Source: Eledone cirrhosa (taxonomy: Eukaryota). Taken from it: a stretch of DNA of 64,000 nucleotides. Made by a program: the position numbers and the translations under genes. The notes below the pieces were generated by a model that worked only from the letters and a program-made list of their open reading frames with translations, was not told the origin of the DNA and did not search any database. Positions 32,901-45,737 of this stretch are shown piece by piece. The DNA lies in assembly GCA_964016885.1 (NCBI GenBank), contig OZ024741.1, positions 112,220,001 through 112,284,000 on the forward strand, given 5' to 3'. Numbering within the stretch: the stretch's first letter is position 1; the number at the start of each line of letters is the position of its first letter.

Positions 32901-33319
32901 CGAGATGCGCGTAGGGCGAGGAAACCGTCCTGCATGCACTCGTTCAGTGCCCGAGGATTGCTGACTTGTGGAGCTATGTCGAACAGCTGATGTCACGTGT
33001 AGGACGGATCCAGTTATCGACTGAGTCCATTGTGCAGATAGCCCCGCCATCCTCCTTTAAAGAGGAGGAAGGGCAGGCAGTTTTCATCTGCCTGGTGGCC
33101 ATGGCGAAAGAGATTGTGTGGTGGATAAGATTGAAAGGGTTGAAGACGGACACTTTCCTCTTCGGCCAATCCCTGATTAACTTTTTCAAGTTTCACTTGA
33201 AGAGGAAAATCAGGGTGGAGAGGCAAGTGCTATCTTCTAGTAAGTTTGTTGAAAGGTTTGTGAAAGTGGCGAGTCTTGTCCGAGTGAACAGGCCCGCTCT
33301 GAGTATAATACGCCTGTAG
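29941..33319 (+). pseudogene. Tx1 ORF2 (APE endonuclease + RT + CCHC), multiple frameshifts
   Basis: IGSINVRAL, ISETR, VYAP, DWNS, YLDR, TDHK, GPGYWKLN (Tx1/L1-typical), KSPGLDG, NFRPITLLNSDFKILAK, SVRNGCPLS, YADD, CPRC..EETVLHALVQC. Confidence 0.9.
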
Positions 33320-33817
33320 ACTGAGGAGTGCGAAAAGTGAGAGAGGGCGCTTGCCTTGGTGGTCAGGGTGGCCGTGGTCTTTTGTGTAGTTTTCACCACG
33401 AGTGACCCTCGGAGATTTCCCCCTTCTTGGGGAATTTTTGTTGTTTGAATTTTTTTTGATTTCTAGCCCGATTTTGTTATAACCTGTTTACACGACCAAA
33501 ACCCACTTTGTATCGTCCTGTACTGTTCTGTGCCGTCTCTAATGTTTTTCTTCGTGTCAGCCCTTGTGGCCAATAAAGAAACCATTATTATTATTATTAT
33601 TATCATTATTATTATTAGTAGTAGTAGTAGTAGTGATAGTAACAGCCTTCTTATTTTTATTGGTTGTCACTGCATTACCGAGCACAGCAACTTTGTGCAC
33701 TTTGTTTTTTCTATTATTTCTATTGAGAGTACTCTTTGTAATATGTGTGCAGTGCCTAGTAGTGCTATTTTCTGTAAGTTGATAATTTGTAAGTTCTGGG
33801 GTTTTGGTTATGTATCT

Positions 33818-34040
33818 ATCATCATCATCATCATCATCATTTTACGTCTGCTTTTCCCTGCTTGCAAGGGTGGGATGGGAACTGATTCTGGCTTGATTTC
33901 TACAGCAGGATACTCTTCCTAACACCAACCTCATTTACAGTGCTGGGTGCTTTTTTTTTCCATGGCGCCTACACGTCCCCTTTACAGTGTGGGCTGGGTG
34001 CTTTTTTGCCGTGGCACCTCTACGACCACTTTGCAGTGGA
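33818..34040 (-). mobile_element. 5'-truncated RTE-family 3' end
   Basis: (CAT)n on + followed by the reverse complement of the 10400-10680 type sequence. Confidence 0.75.
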
Positions 34041-34044
34041 ATGA

Positions 34045-34165
34045 TAGGGACCCCAGGCCTATCATCTCATTTGTACAGCTGAGTAAACTGGAGCAATTTG
34101 AAATAAAGTGTCTTGCTCAAGAAAACAACACATCACCCAGTCTGAGAATTGAACTCACAACCCTA
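34045..34165 (-). mobile_element. CORE-like SINE fragment
   Basis: GAAATAAAGTGTCTTGCTCAAG...GAATTGAACTC matches 5200-5323. Confidence 0.55.
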
Positions 34166-35461
34166 TCTATGTGATATTTCATCATTGTCAGAGAATCTAT
34201 TATTATAGGGTTTGTTTCTGTTTTCATCATCCACATTCACATTATTTCTATCTCCAGATCTCTATTTCTTTGATAGATATATTATTGTCTATGTGGATTA
34301 AAACATCAATTTTTCTGGTCTTTGACTATAATAATATCTGGTAGGTTGGCTTTGATTTCCCTATCTGTGCATCTTGGCATATGCCAGAGTATGGTTGCTT
34401 TGTCATTCTCTGATACCTTCTCTGATGTATGTGTGTACCAAATTTTTTCTGTTGATATTTTGTAGTGTTGGCATAATTTTCAGTGTATGTAACTCCCGAC
34501 TGTTTCGTGTCTGTGGATATATTCTCTTTTTGGCTAAGACTGGACAATCAGAGCAGAGACAATGTAGTTTATTGTTTCTACCCCACCTCCATATATTCTG
34601 TAGTTACACTCTGCATTCTGCTTCATTATGTACTTTTGAGGACTTCTGGTGGGTTGTCTGCAATTAACAATCCTTCTGCCTCGGTCTTTAATCCAATGCA
34701 TTTTAACCAGTTTTTTTTTGCTTGTCCACTCCCTCCCTATTTACCTTTTTTAGCTATTGATCATGCAGGGGTTTTTCTTGTATGCTGGAAATTTGTTTTC
34801 CCATGTAAATATTATTATTTTCTCAATGCCTTTTGCTGTTTATTCTGTGTTTTCTTTTTTCTCATAATTATCTGTCAATTTAGCTTCTGTTTTGAATTTG
34901 TCAGCTGCCTTGAAAACAGATTACTAGAGGATTGATACCTATTACCTTATTCTTTCCATTTAGTTATGTCTTAAGTAATAATCTAATCCCTTGTTAGTAT
35001 TCCTTTCTAATATTTTCTTTCATCTCACTCTGTTGAAACGTGTCTAGTTCATTGATTCCTAAGTATGTTTTTAATCTAATTCTCTTATCTCTGTTTCTTT
35101 ATCCTCCGTATTAATAATGTTATTATTATTAATGTAGTCATATATGAATTATGATGGATTCTTTGTTGGTTTTGACAATGAACATTCATTTCTTTGATCA
35201 ACTGATTGTTCAACTTATGAATTTCACAGACATGTGTACCTTTAACATAATTCCCATAATTAGCATGAGACAATATGTGACATGGTTGGATCTTTGAATT
35301 ACAGGTTCATTTCATCTGATTGGCTTCCACACAGTTTCCATTAACCCAATTTCATTCATGGAATTTTGGTCAACTCAAGTCTATGGTAAATGACACTTGC
35401 CCAAGATGCTATGCAGTGGGCTTGAACCCAAGGCATCATGATTGTGAAGTGAGCTTATTAA

Positions 35462-35687
35462 CCCTTTTGTTACCTACCCACCCCAAACCACCTCTGGTTT
35501 TATGAAACAAAACTACCCTTTTTAAAGTGTTCCTATTTAAATCAAAATCTTCCAACATACTTTTATATAATAACCTTTTAAGTTATATTACAAATACCAT
35601 CTTAATGAAATCATTTTAGTATCATATCAGGTTATTCATAGATTTATTCAAATACACTGTATTTCATTAGATACAGTAATGAAAGGG
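35462..35687. mobile_element. piggyBac-type MITE
   Basis: TTAA-CCCTTTTGTTAC ... GTAATGAAAGGG-TTAA: TTAA TSD and CCC/GGG termini. Confidence 0.75.
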
Positions 35688-36589
35688 TTAATAACATTTT
35701 AGATCCAAACCAAAACCATCTTTGTTATATAATGTATGCTGAGACAAGACAGCCAGTGTGGCTCTTTCCTCTCCAGACTGTTGAATACAACTTGAAACTG
35801 CAGAGAGAATGAATAACTGAAGTGTAATGGTGCATTTGGAGATAGAATGAATGTAGCAACTTAATAATTTTGATACCAACCTGTCCAAAACTGCCTCAGT
35901 AGAAATACAGTAATAAAAGGGTTTATTAATTTCAGGTTTAGTGTGTTTATCATACACCTGTAAAACAAGCATTCAAAAATATATTCTATAATTATTTATA
36001 TGCAAATAATTTCTTTCTAAAGCATCATTTGTTTTATTTAATGTCATATCAAAATGAAGGTAGTGGTGATGGGTGTCCATAAAATATAGGTGTGGGTTTC
36101 AATCGTATAGAGATTTCATGACAAAATAAATTTTAGAAACATTGATTTAAAATACTAATTATTTAATGTGACTGACACAAAGGTTAAATCCTTTCATATT
36201 CTTCATTGATTTATTCTGATACACTGTATTTCATGAGAAATACAGTAAGAGAAGTGTTAATCACTCAGCCATGCCTGCATCTATCTGTGAATTATTATAC
36301 AACAATGGAATATTAAGCAAGGTAGTGAGTGGGTTCTAATCTTGTAGGAAGTGACTGATTTTCATTTATCAGGAATTAATTAGTAAAAAAATAAGTTAGT
36401 CGTTGTCATTAACTCTATGTAAGCTCTGATGAAACAAATATACAATCAAAGACGTTTCAGCCATAACCGTCCCATTTTTTTTTCAGGAATAAAATACTTC
36501 GGATTTGTTTTTTTTATATCTTAGTAATAGAAAGAATAGAAACGCTATACAAAAATATGCAATACTGTGGTGAAAAGAAATGTGTGTAT

Positions 36590-36728
36590 AGGTGCAGGTG
36601 TGGTTCTGTGGTTAAGGATTTTGCTTCGTAATTACATGGTTTCAAATTCAGTCACCCTGTGTGGCACCTTGGGCAAGTGTCCTTTGCTATAGCCTCAGGT
36701 TGACCAATGCTTTGTGAGTGAAATTTGG
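36590..36728 (+). mobile_element. tRNA/CORE-like SINE truncated by the gap
   Basis: TGGTTCTGTGGTTAAG A box and GGCACCTTGGGCAAGTGTC core. Inverse copy at ~35325-35455. Confidence 0.6.
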
Positions 36729-36928
36729 NNNNNNNNNNNNNNNNNNNNNNNNNNNNNNNNNNNNNNNNNNNNNNNNNNNNNNNNNNNNNNNNNNNNNNNN
36801 NNNNNNNNNNNNNNNNNNNNNNNNNNNNNNNNNNNNNNNNNNNNNNNNNNNNNNNNNNNNNNNNNNNNNNNNNNNNNNNNNNNNNNNNNNNNNNNNNNNN
36901 NNNNNNNNNNNNNNNNNNNNNNNNNNNN
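36729..36928. other. Assembly gap (200 N)
   Basis: Run of N. Confidence 1.
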
Positions 36929-37852
36929 GAAACATTGTATTTTAATTATTTAATGAAGATTTTGCGAAAGATTTACTAAAATTATAATTTCATTAAACAG
37001 TATTCATAACATAACAAAATGTTCATCTATAAGATTATGCTAGAAGGTTTTAATTTAAAATGGGTGGTTTTGTTTTATAGAAACGGATATGGTTTTGTGC
37101 AGGCTGGTATCAAAAGGGTTGAAATGTCAAAGTTAGTGAATTCAATTGAAATATTTTCATACAAATATGTACAACATAAATGAAACTAATTTGATCATTG
37201 TTTTATATCTGCATTTGCTTTTATTTGCATGGCAAGATATCCTTTAGAATATAAGAACAATAAAGGGGATATATAAACTTTTCCTGCTGTAAACTATTTG
37301 ACATTGAAAGCTCAAACACTACATAATAATCATTGAGAAATATTTCTATATTTGAATGAAAATTTTAAAATATCTTGTTTTGGTGGGGATAATATGTAAT
37401 GTAAGCTATATATTTTAATGAATATATTGGCATTGTTGTGTGGTTAAGATGTTTGCTTTACAGTTATGTGGCATTAGATACAATCCCACATCATGGCACT
37501 TATTTCCTTTCTTGTATATAACTCCCTTATTTTCCCCGTCTGATACATTGATTATATTTTGTAAAAAGGAAATATTTGGAAAAGTTCACTTACTGTTAAA
37601 AGTAGAAGGCAACGAAGTAACTTTGAGAAATTAATTAACCGTAAAGAGTTATTTATATAATGAAGTGTCACCAATATTGATGAACAGATATAGGCAAGAG
37701 TCTTCTATGATAGCTTGAAGCTGACCAATGTTCTATGAGTGAGTTTGGCAGCTGAAAATTTTAAGAAGCATATCTATCTATCTATTTATCTATCTATATC
37801 CCTCTCTATATATACCTTTAAAATTTATATATATATATATATACATATATAT

Positions 37853-39418
37853 ATCATCATCGCTGATTAACGTCCATTTTTCCATGCTAGCATGGTTTAA
37901 ATGAGTTGTCCTGTTGTGAGATAGTCCAGGTCAGATGTCCATGTCTTGCTCATACAGAACTGATTTTGGCTTAGTTTTTACAGCTGTATAGCCTTCCTAA
38001 TGCCAACCATATGTACAGTGAGTACTGGGTGATTTTTGTCATGACACCTACATGACCACTTTACAGTGTGGGCTGGGTGCTTTTTGTTGACACCTACATG
38101 ACCACATTACAGTATGGTCTGGGTGCTTTCTGTTGTGACAACTACATGACCACTTTACAGAGTGGGCTGGGTGCTATTTATCATGTTGCCATCATGGCCA
38201 CTTTACAGTGTGGGCTGGGGGCTTTGGTGGGAAAGGTGTGTGAGGGGCAGAATGTTAGGACGTGGTAGGTGTATGGAAGGAGGAGATAAAAGTGAAGGTG
38301 GTGCATACCAGATGTATGTATGCTTCAGCCTGTGTTCATGGGAGGTGTATAGGAAGGGGTGGAGGTGAAGGTTATACATACTATATGTATGCTTCAACCT
38401 GTGCTCATGGGAAGCCGGGTCTTCTGTATTAATGTCAGATTTTATCACCTCATCCCAAGTCTTACGGGGTTTTCCTACTCCATAAATTTCATTAACTCTG
38501 AGTGCTCTGTCTCTTTTTATATAGCTGTCATACTTCATACACATGTCCATACCAACACAATCTCCTTTCCTGCACACTGCATCTAATTCTTCTTATGCAT
38601 AGTTTCTCTCTCAGTTCTTTTATGCTTTGCTGTTCATGTATATGTCTATTACACATTGATCAAAGTATGCAAGCTTCATTTCTTTCCAATTTTCGCAAAT
38701 CCTCTGCACACAGCGCCCAGGCTTCACTACCTTGCAACACTGCTGTTCGTATGCACACATCATAGAATCTGCCTTTCATTTTGAAGGAAAAGCCTTTTGT
38801 AGCTAGTAGAGGTAGTAGCACCCTGAACTTCTATCCCATTCTCACTCTGGCTACTGTACTTTCAGAACACCCACAACTGCAGCAGTTCTTTTCCCATGCA
38901 TGAAACCAAACTGCATCTCATCTAATTTGACTTTTTCTCTAATTAGTAGTACTACTATACCTCTTTCCATCACTTTCATAACTTGGGGGGGGGGGGGGGC
39001 TGGAGGTAGTTTTTGTTCCTCTCATTCATTCTCTATATTCATCAGTCTCTCATAGTAACATTTCCAGGCCTCTTCCTTTTGAGCATCAGTGGTGCTAAAT
39101 ACACTGGTGTCGTTTCTAACAGCATCATGATTCAAACTGACACACTGCCTTACAATGTGAAACATTTCATGCCTCTGATCTTCATGTCTAAGGATGTTAG
39201 CAAACTTTCTTTCTTCGAGCTGTATATACTTGTCACCTAGTTTCTCTCTTAGACACCTGGTACTAGTCTCTGCTACCCCTGTTTTTCCAGTCTTTCCAAG
39301 CCTGTCTCTTGGCTTTGATGCCTCTATTAATTGAGCTGTTGAACAACCAGGCCACCCTCAGATTAGTTGGTGCTCTACTTCAGCCACTAATCTCATCAGT
39401 AATTTGCAAAAGCTTGTT
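37853..39418 (-). mobile_element. Older RTE LINE, 3' part (internally deleted), split by RTE copy 2
   Basis: Minus strand: NKLLQITDEISG, LDEMQFG, GCSESTVARVR, GVGKPRKTWDEVIKSD, a 3' UTR with ~5 tandem units, and a GAT tail at 37853. Confidence 0.8.
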
Positions 39419-39557
39419 AAATACGAGGACCTCATTCAATCCTTACCTTATAGCTATCTACCCCCCCCCCCCACGCACCACCATTGTTATTACGTGGACC
39501 AATCATAAGCCAGAGCCCCCACGCACCACCATTATTATTACGTGGACATTATTATTA

Positions 39558-39750
39558 AGGGCGGTGAATTGGCAGTATCGGTAGAGGGTTGGACGCCATG
39601 CTTTCTAGCATAGTTACGTCCCTTTACGGTTTGAGTTCAAATCCCGCTGAGGTTAACTTTGCCTTTCATCCTTACGGGGTCGATAAAATAAAGTACCAGT
39701 AATGTACTGGGTAATTGCTGGCCTTGTGCCTAAAGTAGAAACAATTATTA
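39558..39750 (+). mobile_element. ATT-tailed tRNA SINE inserted in the RTE 5' region
   Basis: Full-length copy; ATTATTATTACGTGGAC is duplicated at 39531-39547 and 39744-39760. Confidence 0.9.
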
Positions 39751-39881
39751 TTACGTGGACCAATCATAAGCCAGAGGCTTTTACTATCGCTTGCCTGGTT
39801 GCCTTTCGATATATGATGGATGGATGGACTACGGAATCCTGGAGAGTGGAAGAGAGAGAAAAATCTGGACGCTCAGCGACA

Positions 39882-42800
39882 ATGCCAAAGATAAAGACAA
39901 ATTCACCCCATGGACGAGAATGCGAGCACTCCTCTTTGTTTCGGCCGCGGATGGCTAACATAATCCCATCTCCCCCCGCCCCCCACCGCTCCCACCCTCC
40001 AAAAGCAATCCAAAGCTTCAGAGTTGGTACCATAAATGTAGGCACCTTAAAGGGTCGCGCTAACGAGGTTGTAGAAATGCTTGAACGTAAGGAGGTCGAT
40101 GTTTGTTGTATTCAAGAGACCAGGTGGAGGGGTGGGTCTGCTAGATTCATAGAGGGTAAAAAACGATGCTATAAGCTTTTCTGGGTGGGAAATGACGATG
40201 GGCTGAGTGGAGTAAAAATCATGGTAGCAGAAAAGTGGGCAGATAAGATAATAGACGTAAATAGAGTGAACGACAGAATAATTAAAATAAGACTTGTCCT
40301 CAATAGAACTACGGTGACAGTAATATCTGCGTACGCACCCCAATCCGGACTGCCCGGCACTATAAAAGACAGATTCTATGAGACACTGATGCTCACTACC
40401 TCCCAGTGACTATATAATTATTGCAGGCGACCTAAATGGTCACGTTGGACAACATTGTGATGGCTACGACGAAATCCATGGAGGCTATGGGTTTGATACT
40501 AGAAATAAGGAAGGCTCCAGAATCCTGGAATTCTGTGACGCAAATAACCTAACCATCTGTAACACTAACTTCAAAAAACGTGACAATCACCTGATCACCT
40601 ATAGATCCGGGGAACACACAAGCCAGGTAGATTATATCCTTACCAGAAGACGCGACAGAGTGTCTGTTGTAAACACTAAATCCCTCCCCCATGAAGAATG
40701 CACCCCCCAACATAGACTGATAATTAGCGACCTCATAGTCAGGACGAGACGTACCCGAAAGCAGAAGAGGACTATCCTCAGGAGAAAAATATGGAATCTA
40801 AAGGACCCCACAGCCAGAAATAAATTCCAAAGCATATTACTTGATGCTTTCGACAGTAAGGAAGAGCATTTAGAGTCAGACAATATAGAGGGACAGTGGG
40901 AATTCCTGAAGGCAAACCTGCTGATGGCGGCAGACGAAGTCTGTGGCTGGAGCAGGCCTGTAGGCAGGAGGAGAGTAACATGGTGGTGGAACAGTAAGGT
41001 GGAGGGGTCAATTAAGGCCAAAAAGCAGGCTTGGAAAGTATGGCGGGATGGGGGAAGTAGAGAAGACTATCAAGTGGCCAGGAGGGAAGCTAAGAGACAT
41101 GTGTACTTCGCAAGAAGGGAAGCAGAGGAAAGAAAGTTCAAGCATGTTCTACAACGCGAGGACCAAAAACATGAGGTGTTCAGGATTGCTAGGCAATGTG
41201 TCAAGGAAAACCGTGATATTGTCGGGGAGAAGTGTGTACTTAATGATGACGGCGTACTTGCCATCACCGACGCTGATAAGAAGGTAGCTTGGAAGTGTCA
41301 CTATGAAAGGCTACTAAATGAGGAGAATAAATGGGAGAAAGACAGTCTCCCCCACATCGACCCAATAGAGGGACCAGCAGTGTTAGTCGAGGGTAGTATA
41401 ATAAGTAAGGCAATCAAGGATATGAAGACGGGTAAGGCAGCTGGGCCTTCGGAAATAGTTGCTGAGATGCTGAAGGCATCTGGCACAGTGGGACACACCA
41501 TGGTCACCCGGATAGTTAACCAAGTCGTACAGAATGGGGTTGTTCCGAAGGACTGGCGTAGCAGCATCATCGTTAACTGTTATAAGGGTAAAGGAGATGC
41601 CCTAGATAGGAGTAACTATAGAGGCATTAAATTAATCGACCAGGTCATGAAGGTCACGGAAAAAGTAATAGCGCAACTAATCAGAGAGAGAATTGACCTA
41701 GATGAAATGCAGTTCGGGTTTGTGTCAGGCAAAAGTACCACAGACACTCTTTTCATTGTACGACAACTATAGGAGAAGTACCTAGCTAAAAGTAACCCCC
41801 TCTACTTAGCTTTTGTCGACTTGGAGAAAGCCTTCGACAGAGTCCCCCGTTCCATTATCTGGTGGGCTCTTAGAAAACTAGGTGTCGACGAATGGCTTGT
41901 GAGAGCTATACAAGCCATGTATAAAGAAACAGTCAGCAAGGTTAGAATTAACAACGAATATAGTGAAGAGTTTAGCGTAAAAGTTGGCCTCCATCAGGGC
42001 TCTGTTCTCAGCCTCCTACTATTTATTATTGCCCTTCAGGCTATAACAGAGGAGTTCAAGACCGGCTGCCCATGGGAACTCCTATACGCAGACGACCTAA
42101 CACTCATAGCTGAATCAATGGCCGAGCTAGAGAAGAAATTCCAAACATGGAAGCACGGCCTAGAATCAAAAGGCCTTAAAATTAATCTGGCTAAGACCAA
42201 AGTTCTAGTTTGTAGGAAAGAAAATAAGGCGGCGGTCCCTTCCGGAAAGTGGCCATGCTCAGTGTGTAGGAAAGGCGTAGGTAGAAACTCCATTTTGTGT
42301 CAGAAATGCAAAGTATGGGTGCATAAAAGATGTAGTGGGATCACAGGTAAGTTAACTAAGAACATAGATTTCACATGTGGCCGGTGCTCTGGTGCAATAA
42401 GTAGCAGCAAGTGCCCACTAAATACTAGCTCTTTCAACTACGCAGAGGGCTCTATAGAAATAGTGGACAGCTTCCGTTACCTGGGTGACAAAATCAGCAG
42501 TGGGGGAGGGTGCTCTGAAAGTACAGTAGCTAGAGTCAGAACTGGATGGAAAAAGTTCAGAGAGCTTATACCACTATTAGCCGCTAAAGGGTTCTCCCTA
42601 AAAATGAAAGGCAGGTTGTATGATGCCTGCATACGAACAGCAATGTTGCATGGCAGTGAGACCTGGGCATTGTGTGCAGAGGATATACGCAGACTAGAGA
42701 GGAACGAAGCTTGCATGCTCCGCTGGATGTGTAATAGTAATATACGTGAACGGCAAAGCATAAACGAACTAAGGAAAAAATTAGAAATAAGAGGGATCAG

Positions 42801-43041
42801 ATGTTGTTTACTCGAGAGAAGGCTACGTTGGTATGGACACGTGATGCGCATGAAAGTCGATAGCTGTATAACAAAGTGCAGGGCAATAAAGATAGACGGT
42901 AGCCATGGAATAGGCAGACCTAGAAAAACCTGGGATGAGCTGATAAACTCCGACCTCACACACTTACACCTCTCCAAGACAATGTCATTGGACCGAGACC
43001 TTTGGCGGTACTCAGTAATAGAGAAGACCCGCCTTACCTAA
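39882..43041 (+). pseudogene. APE-RT(-PHD) polyprotein of RTE copy 2, two visible lesions
   Basis: ORF pieces ending at 40409, then 40660-41772 and 41821-43041. The start codon is uncertain. Confidence 0.9.
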
Positions 43042-43437
43042 ATACATAGTAAAACCTACTACAGTCAGTAGGCATCTCTAACAAAATACACCCCCGTCCC
43101 ACCCACCCCACCCCATCCACACCGCCCCCTTCTATGTAAAGTTGTTTTGGTGCCACAACATCCAGGCCGAAACAAATGAGATCGTGTAGGTGTCACGACA
43201 AAAAAAACACACAGTCCACGCTGTAATGTGGCCGTGTAGGCAACACGGTAAAAACCTCCCAGTCCCACACTGTAAATGTGGTTGGTGTTAGGAAGGGCAT
43301 CCAACTGTAGAAAACCTGCCAGACAGTCCTATGCGAGCAAGACAATCACTCTTGCCTCAAGTGGGAAAACCCCCCGTCCAAACCCATGCAAGCGTGGAAC
43401 ACGGACGTTAAACGTTGATGATGATGATGATGATGAT

Positions 43438-44260
43438 GTCACATCAGAATTTCCTGTTGTCTTCTACATCGTAGGTATCTAGCTCGTCACTTCTCTCATC
43501 AAATGCATCCCATATGGCCATTCTAAATTTATATATAACTGAGAGTCCTTTAGCTTCCAGACCCCCCCCCCCCCCCTCACCATCTCCATATTTTTCTGTG
43601 TTTTGTTCTGTCTTGTGCTTATTTTTATGTCACTAATAACTAATTTGTTTTGAGAAATGCATTCTTCCTCAGGGAATGCTTTAGTATTTATTACAGTCCG
43701 TTTGTCATGTTGTCTAACAAGTAAATAATCAATTTGGCTTTTGCATTCACCTGAATGATATGTGATCATATGGCTGGCTGATTTCTTGAAATTTGTGACG
43801 CAAATAGTTGGTTCATTAGCATTCCAGGAGTCTCAATCCCTCTTCATTTCTTGAGCCATAACCATAGCCACCACGAACTCCACTGAATCCATCATGGTAA
43901 TGCCCACATTGACCATTGAAGTCACTTGCCAAGATGATGAGGTCACCTTTATTGGTGCCTGAAGTCATCTGTAAAAGTTCTTCATAGAACCTGTCTTTTT
44001 GTTCTTTACTCTGTCTGGTCTGTGGGGCATAGGTAGATGTAATTGACACCATTCTATTTCCTACTGCTAATCTAAGCTTGATAATTATGTTGCTTACTCT
44101 TACTTCTATCACTTTATCTATCCATTTCTCAGCTAGTAAGATGCATACACCTCCTATCCCATCGTCATTTCCTATCCAGTAAAGCTTGTATCTATGATGT
44201 TTGCCTGTCAGTAGTCTTGCTGAGGCACCCTCCATCTCACACAATTTACCTCATCATTGA
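43438..44260 (-). mobile_element. Older RTE LINE, APE part; continues at 39418
   Basis: YKLYWIGNDDGIGGV, STYAPQ, DFNG, GYGYGSRNEEG, SQIDYLL, DAFDERSDELDTYDVED. Confidence 0.85.
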
Positions 44261-44914
44261 GTGTAGCAGTCCTGAGATGCTATTTCCTTGGGTTGAAGAT
44301 TTATGTATGTGTATATATATGTGTATGTTAGTATGTATATGGTTGTGGGCGTGTGTGGGTGTGTGTGAGAGAGAGACTATGTGTATATGTATATGGGTGT
44401 GTATATGTACATATGTGTGTGTACATATGTGTATGCGTATATATGTATGTGTGCACGTGTGTGTATTTGTATGTGTATATATGTGTGTGTGTATGTGTGG
44501 GTATATATGTGTGTGTGAGCGGACTTGTGAAATACCAAACCCAGAATGAGTCCATTGAAGTGTGTCAGACGGAGAGTAGCTGATGGCCAGTATAGCAGAA
44601 AATATTGACCAGAATTTATGATGACGTAGAAAAACAACAGCCAATAGCAAGACAAGAGAGGAAGATGTTTTTTGAAGCTAACACCCCAGTGAGAAAATTT
44701 GTTCCGAAAGTATTGCATGTGTCCGAAGAACCTGCAGATCTAGAATCAGACAGATCCATACAATGATCATGTCTCGAGCTATCTGCCGGCAAAACAATTA
44801 TAACACACAATAAACTGAGTCCAGATGCATCACTGATTTTTCGTTTTATATTATATATATATATATATATATACACACACATATATTTTTTTCTCTTTTT
44901 TCTTTTTCTTTTTT

Positions 44915-45366
44915 TAATGTCCATCTTCCACGCTTGCATGAGTTTGGACGGGAATTTTCCCACTTGAGGCAAGATTGGTTGTCTTGCTCATATAGGACTG
45001 TCTGGCAGGCTTTCTATGGCTGGATGCCCTTCCTAACACCAACCACGTTTACAGTGTGGACTGGGAGGTTTTTACCGTGTTACCTACATGGCCACATTAC
45101 AGCGTGGACTGTATGTTTTTTTGTCGTGACACCTACACGACCTCATTTATTTCGGACTGGATGTTGTGGCACCAACATAACTTTACATCGAAAGGGGTGG
45201 TATGGATGGGGTGGGGGTAGTGGGACAGGGGTGTATTTTTGTTAAGAGGTGCCTACTGACTGTAGGTTTCGCTTTGTACTTAGGCAAGGCGGGTCTTCTG
45301 TATTACTGTGTAGCGCCTAAGATCTCGGTCCAGTGACATTGTCTTGGAGAGGTGTAAGTGTGTGAG
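44915..45366 (-). mobile_element. 5'-truncated RTE copy (ORF end + 3' UTR)
   Basis: Reverse complement matches 42955-43410 and encodes LTHLHLSKTMSLDRDLRRY. Confidence 0.9.
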
Positions 45367-45374
45367 GGACCAGC

Positions 45375-45409
<35 letters not shown>

Positions 45410-45618
45410 TATATATATACACATTGTTTCCGAGGCTGAACAGCAGAATGGATGTATTTTATCCAGGCTAATACTATGGAATTGCACAACTTATTGATTA
45501 ATCAATACAACGATAATATCTTAGTTTATTTTGCCCTTTGAAGCAATCATAAAGCAATTGATTAATTAAGTACTTAACTTTGTCTTATTTGCTTTCATTC
45601 TTCAACATTATTTATATA

Positions 45619-45689
<71 letters not shown>

Positions 45690-45737
45690 ACATTATTTAT
45701 ACATATATGGATGCTAAACAATGATGTTGATGATATA

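Larger units (their letters stand above)
27741..33583 (+). mobile_element. Tx1-type (L1/Tx1 group) LINE, apparently full length, flanked by (ATT)n
   Basis: GC-richer block between ATT runs (27722-27740 and 33584 onward). ORF1 has a CCHC knuckle; ORF2 has APE, RT and a C-terminal CCHC. AATAAA at 33572. Confidence 0.9.
33584..35150 (-). mobile_element. Decayed R4/Dong element, 3' part, with a (TAA)n tail; interrupted by an RTE tail and a SINE
   Basis: Minus translations: WLKCIGLKTEAEGLLIA, CPVLAK..YIHRH, TDREIKANLPDII (restriction-like endonuclease) and the terminal QKIALLGTAHILQRVL (~33730-33780), followed by TAC/TAA repeats. The far boundary is approximate. Confidence 0.75.
39419..43437 (+). 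mobile_element. RTE-clade LINE, near full length (copy 2)
   Basis: Same architecture as copy 1, with intact YADD (ELLYADDL), PHD finger and (GAT)n tail. Visible lesions are a frameshift near 40405 and TAG at 41770. Confidence 0.95.

Noticed and set aside
25863-36440. CTGATGA motifs at ~25865 and ~36426 as hammerheads
   Set aside because: No stem II/GAAA/stem III arrangement.
36687-36979. ORFs containing X runs
   Set aside because: Artefacts of the assembly gap.
38013-38230. CRISPR-like periodic repeats
   Set aside because: Tandem units without unique spacers, inside a LINE 3' UTR in eukaryotic DNA.
44540-44830. Coding-like stretch beside the old RTE
   Set aside because: No sustained open frame or motif; left unassigned.
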